Source: Camelus dromedarius
Lineage: Eukaryota
Reading direction: 5' to 3'
Length of the DNA: 64,000 nt
Assembly (NCBI RefSeq): GCF_036321535.1
Contig: NC_087436.1
Coordinates: 5,828,001 to 5,892,000, forward strand
The notes under the pieces are model-generated. The model ran no database searches. It was not told where the DNA came from and saw only the letters and a list, made by a program, of their open reading frames with translations. The translations under genes were made by a program, and so were the position numbers. Shown here one piece after another: positions 63,978-64,000 of this stretch; within the stretch, counting starts at the first letter, position 1; every line of letters starts with the position of its first letter.

Positions 63978-64000
63978 CTCTGATTCTCTCTCTTCCCCCA
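63978..64000 (+). other. probable 3' splice acceptor cut by the window edge
   Basis: CTGAT branch motif (A 63983), pure pyrimidine tract, then CA; the final G would be base 64001. Confidence 0.4.

Noticed and set aside
1..64000. ORF-track entries as protein-coding genes
   Set aside because: All are 157 aa or shorter, many start at non-ATG codons, most lie in repeats or low-complexity DNA, and only L1 ORF2 relics resemble known proteins.
1..64000. Prokaryote-style novel system (CRISPR array, operon, defence island)
   Set aside because: The sequence is mammalian non-coding DNA, with no regularly spaced repeats or gene-dense region.

Overview
AT-rich mammalian genomic DNA, very probably camelid (camel/alpaca/llama lineage). 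It has three tRNA-derived SINEs of the camelid Vic-1 type and no Alu, B1, Bov-tA, PRE-1 or Can-SINE that I could recognise. I found no protein-coding exon, RNA gene or CRISPR array. The ORF track is noise apart from decayed L1 ORF2 fragments. Much of the window is transposon debris: young and old L1 pieces, L2, MIR, MaLR, MER5/MER2 DNA transposons, many ERV solo LTRs (three families present twice each) and a truncated MER34/MER4-group provirus with nested insertions. The main non-repeat signal is a canonical CCAAT+TATA Pol II promoter on the + strand at about 39.9 kb. The window ends on what looks like a splice acceptor, so the last 24 kb may be intron 1 of a gene I cannot name. The best lead is two MER41-like LTRs, one on each side of that promoter, both keeping an intact STAT (GAS) motif. 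Repeat family names were assigned from memory of consensus sequences, and boundaries without TSDs are approximate. I see no evidence of a novel multi-gene system.
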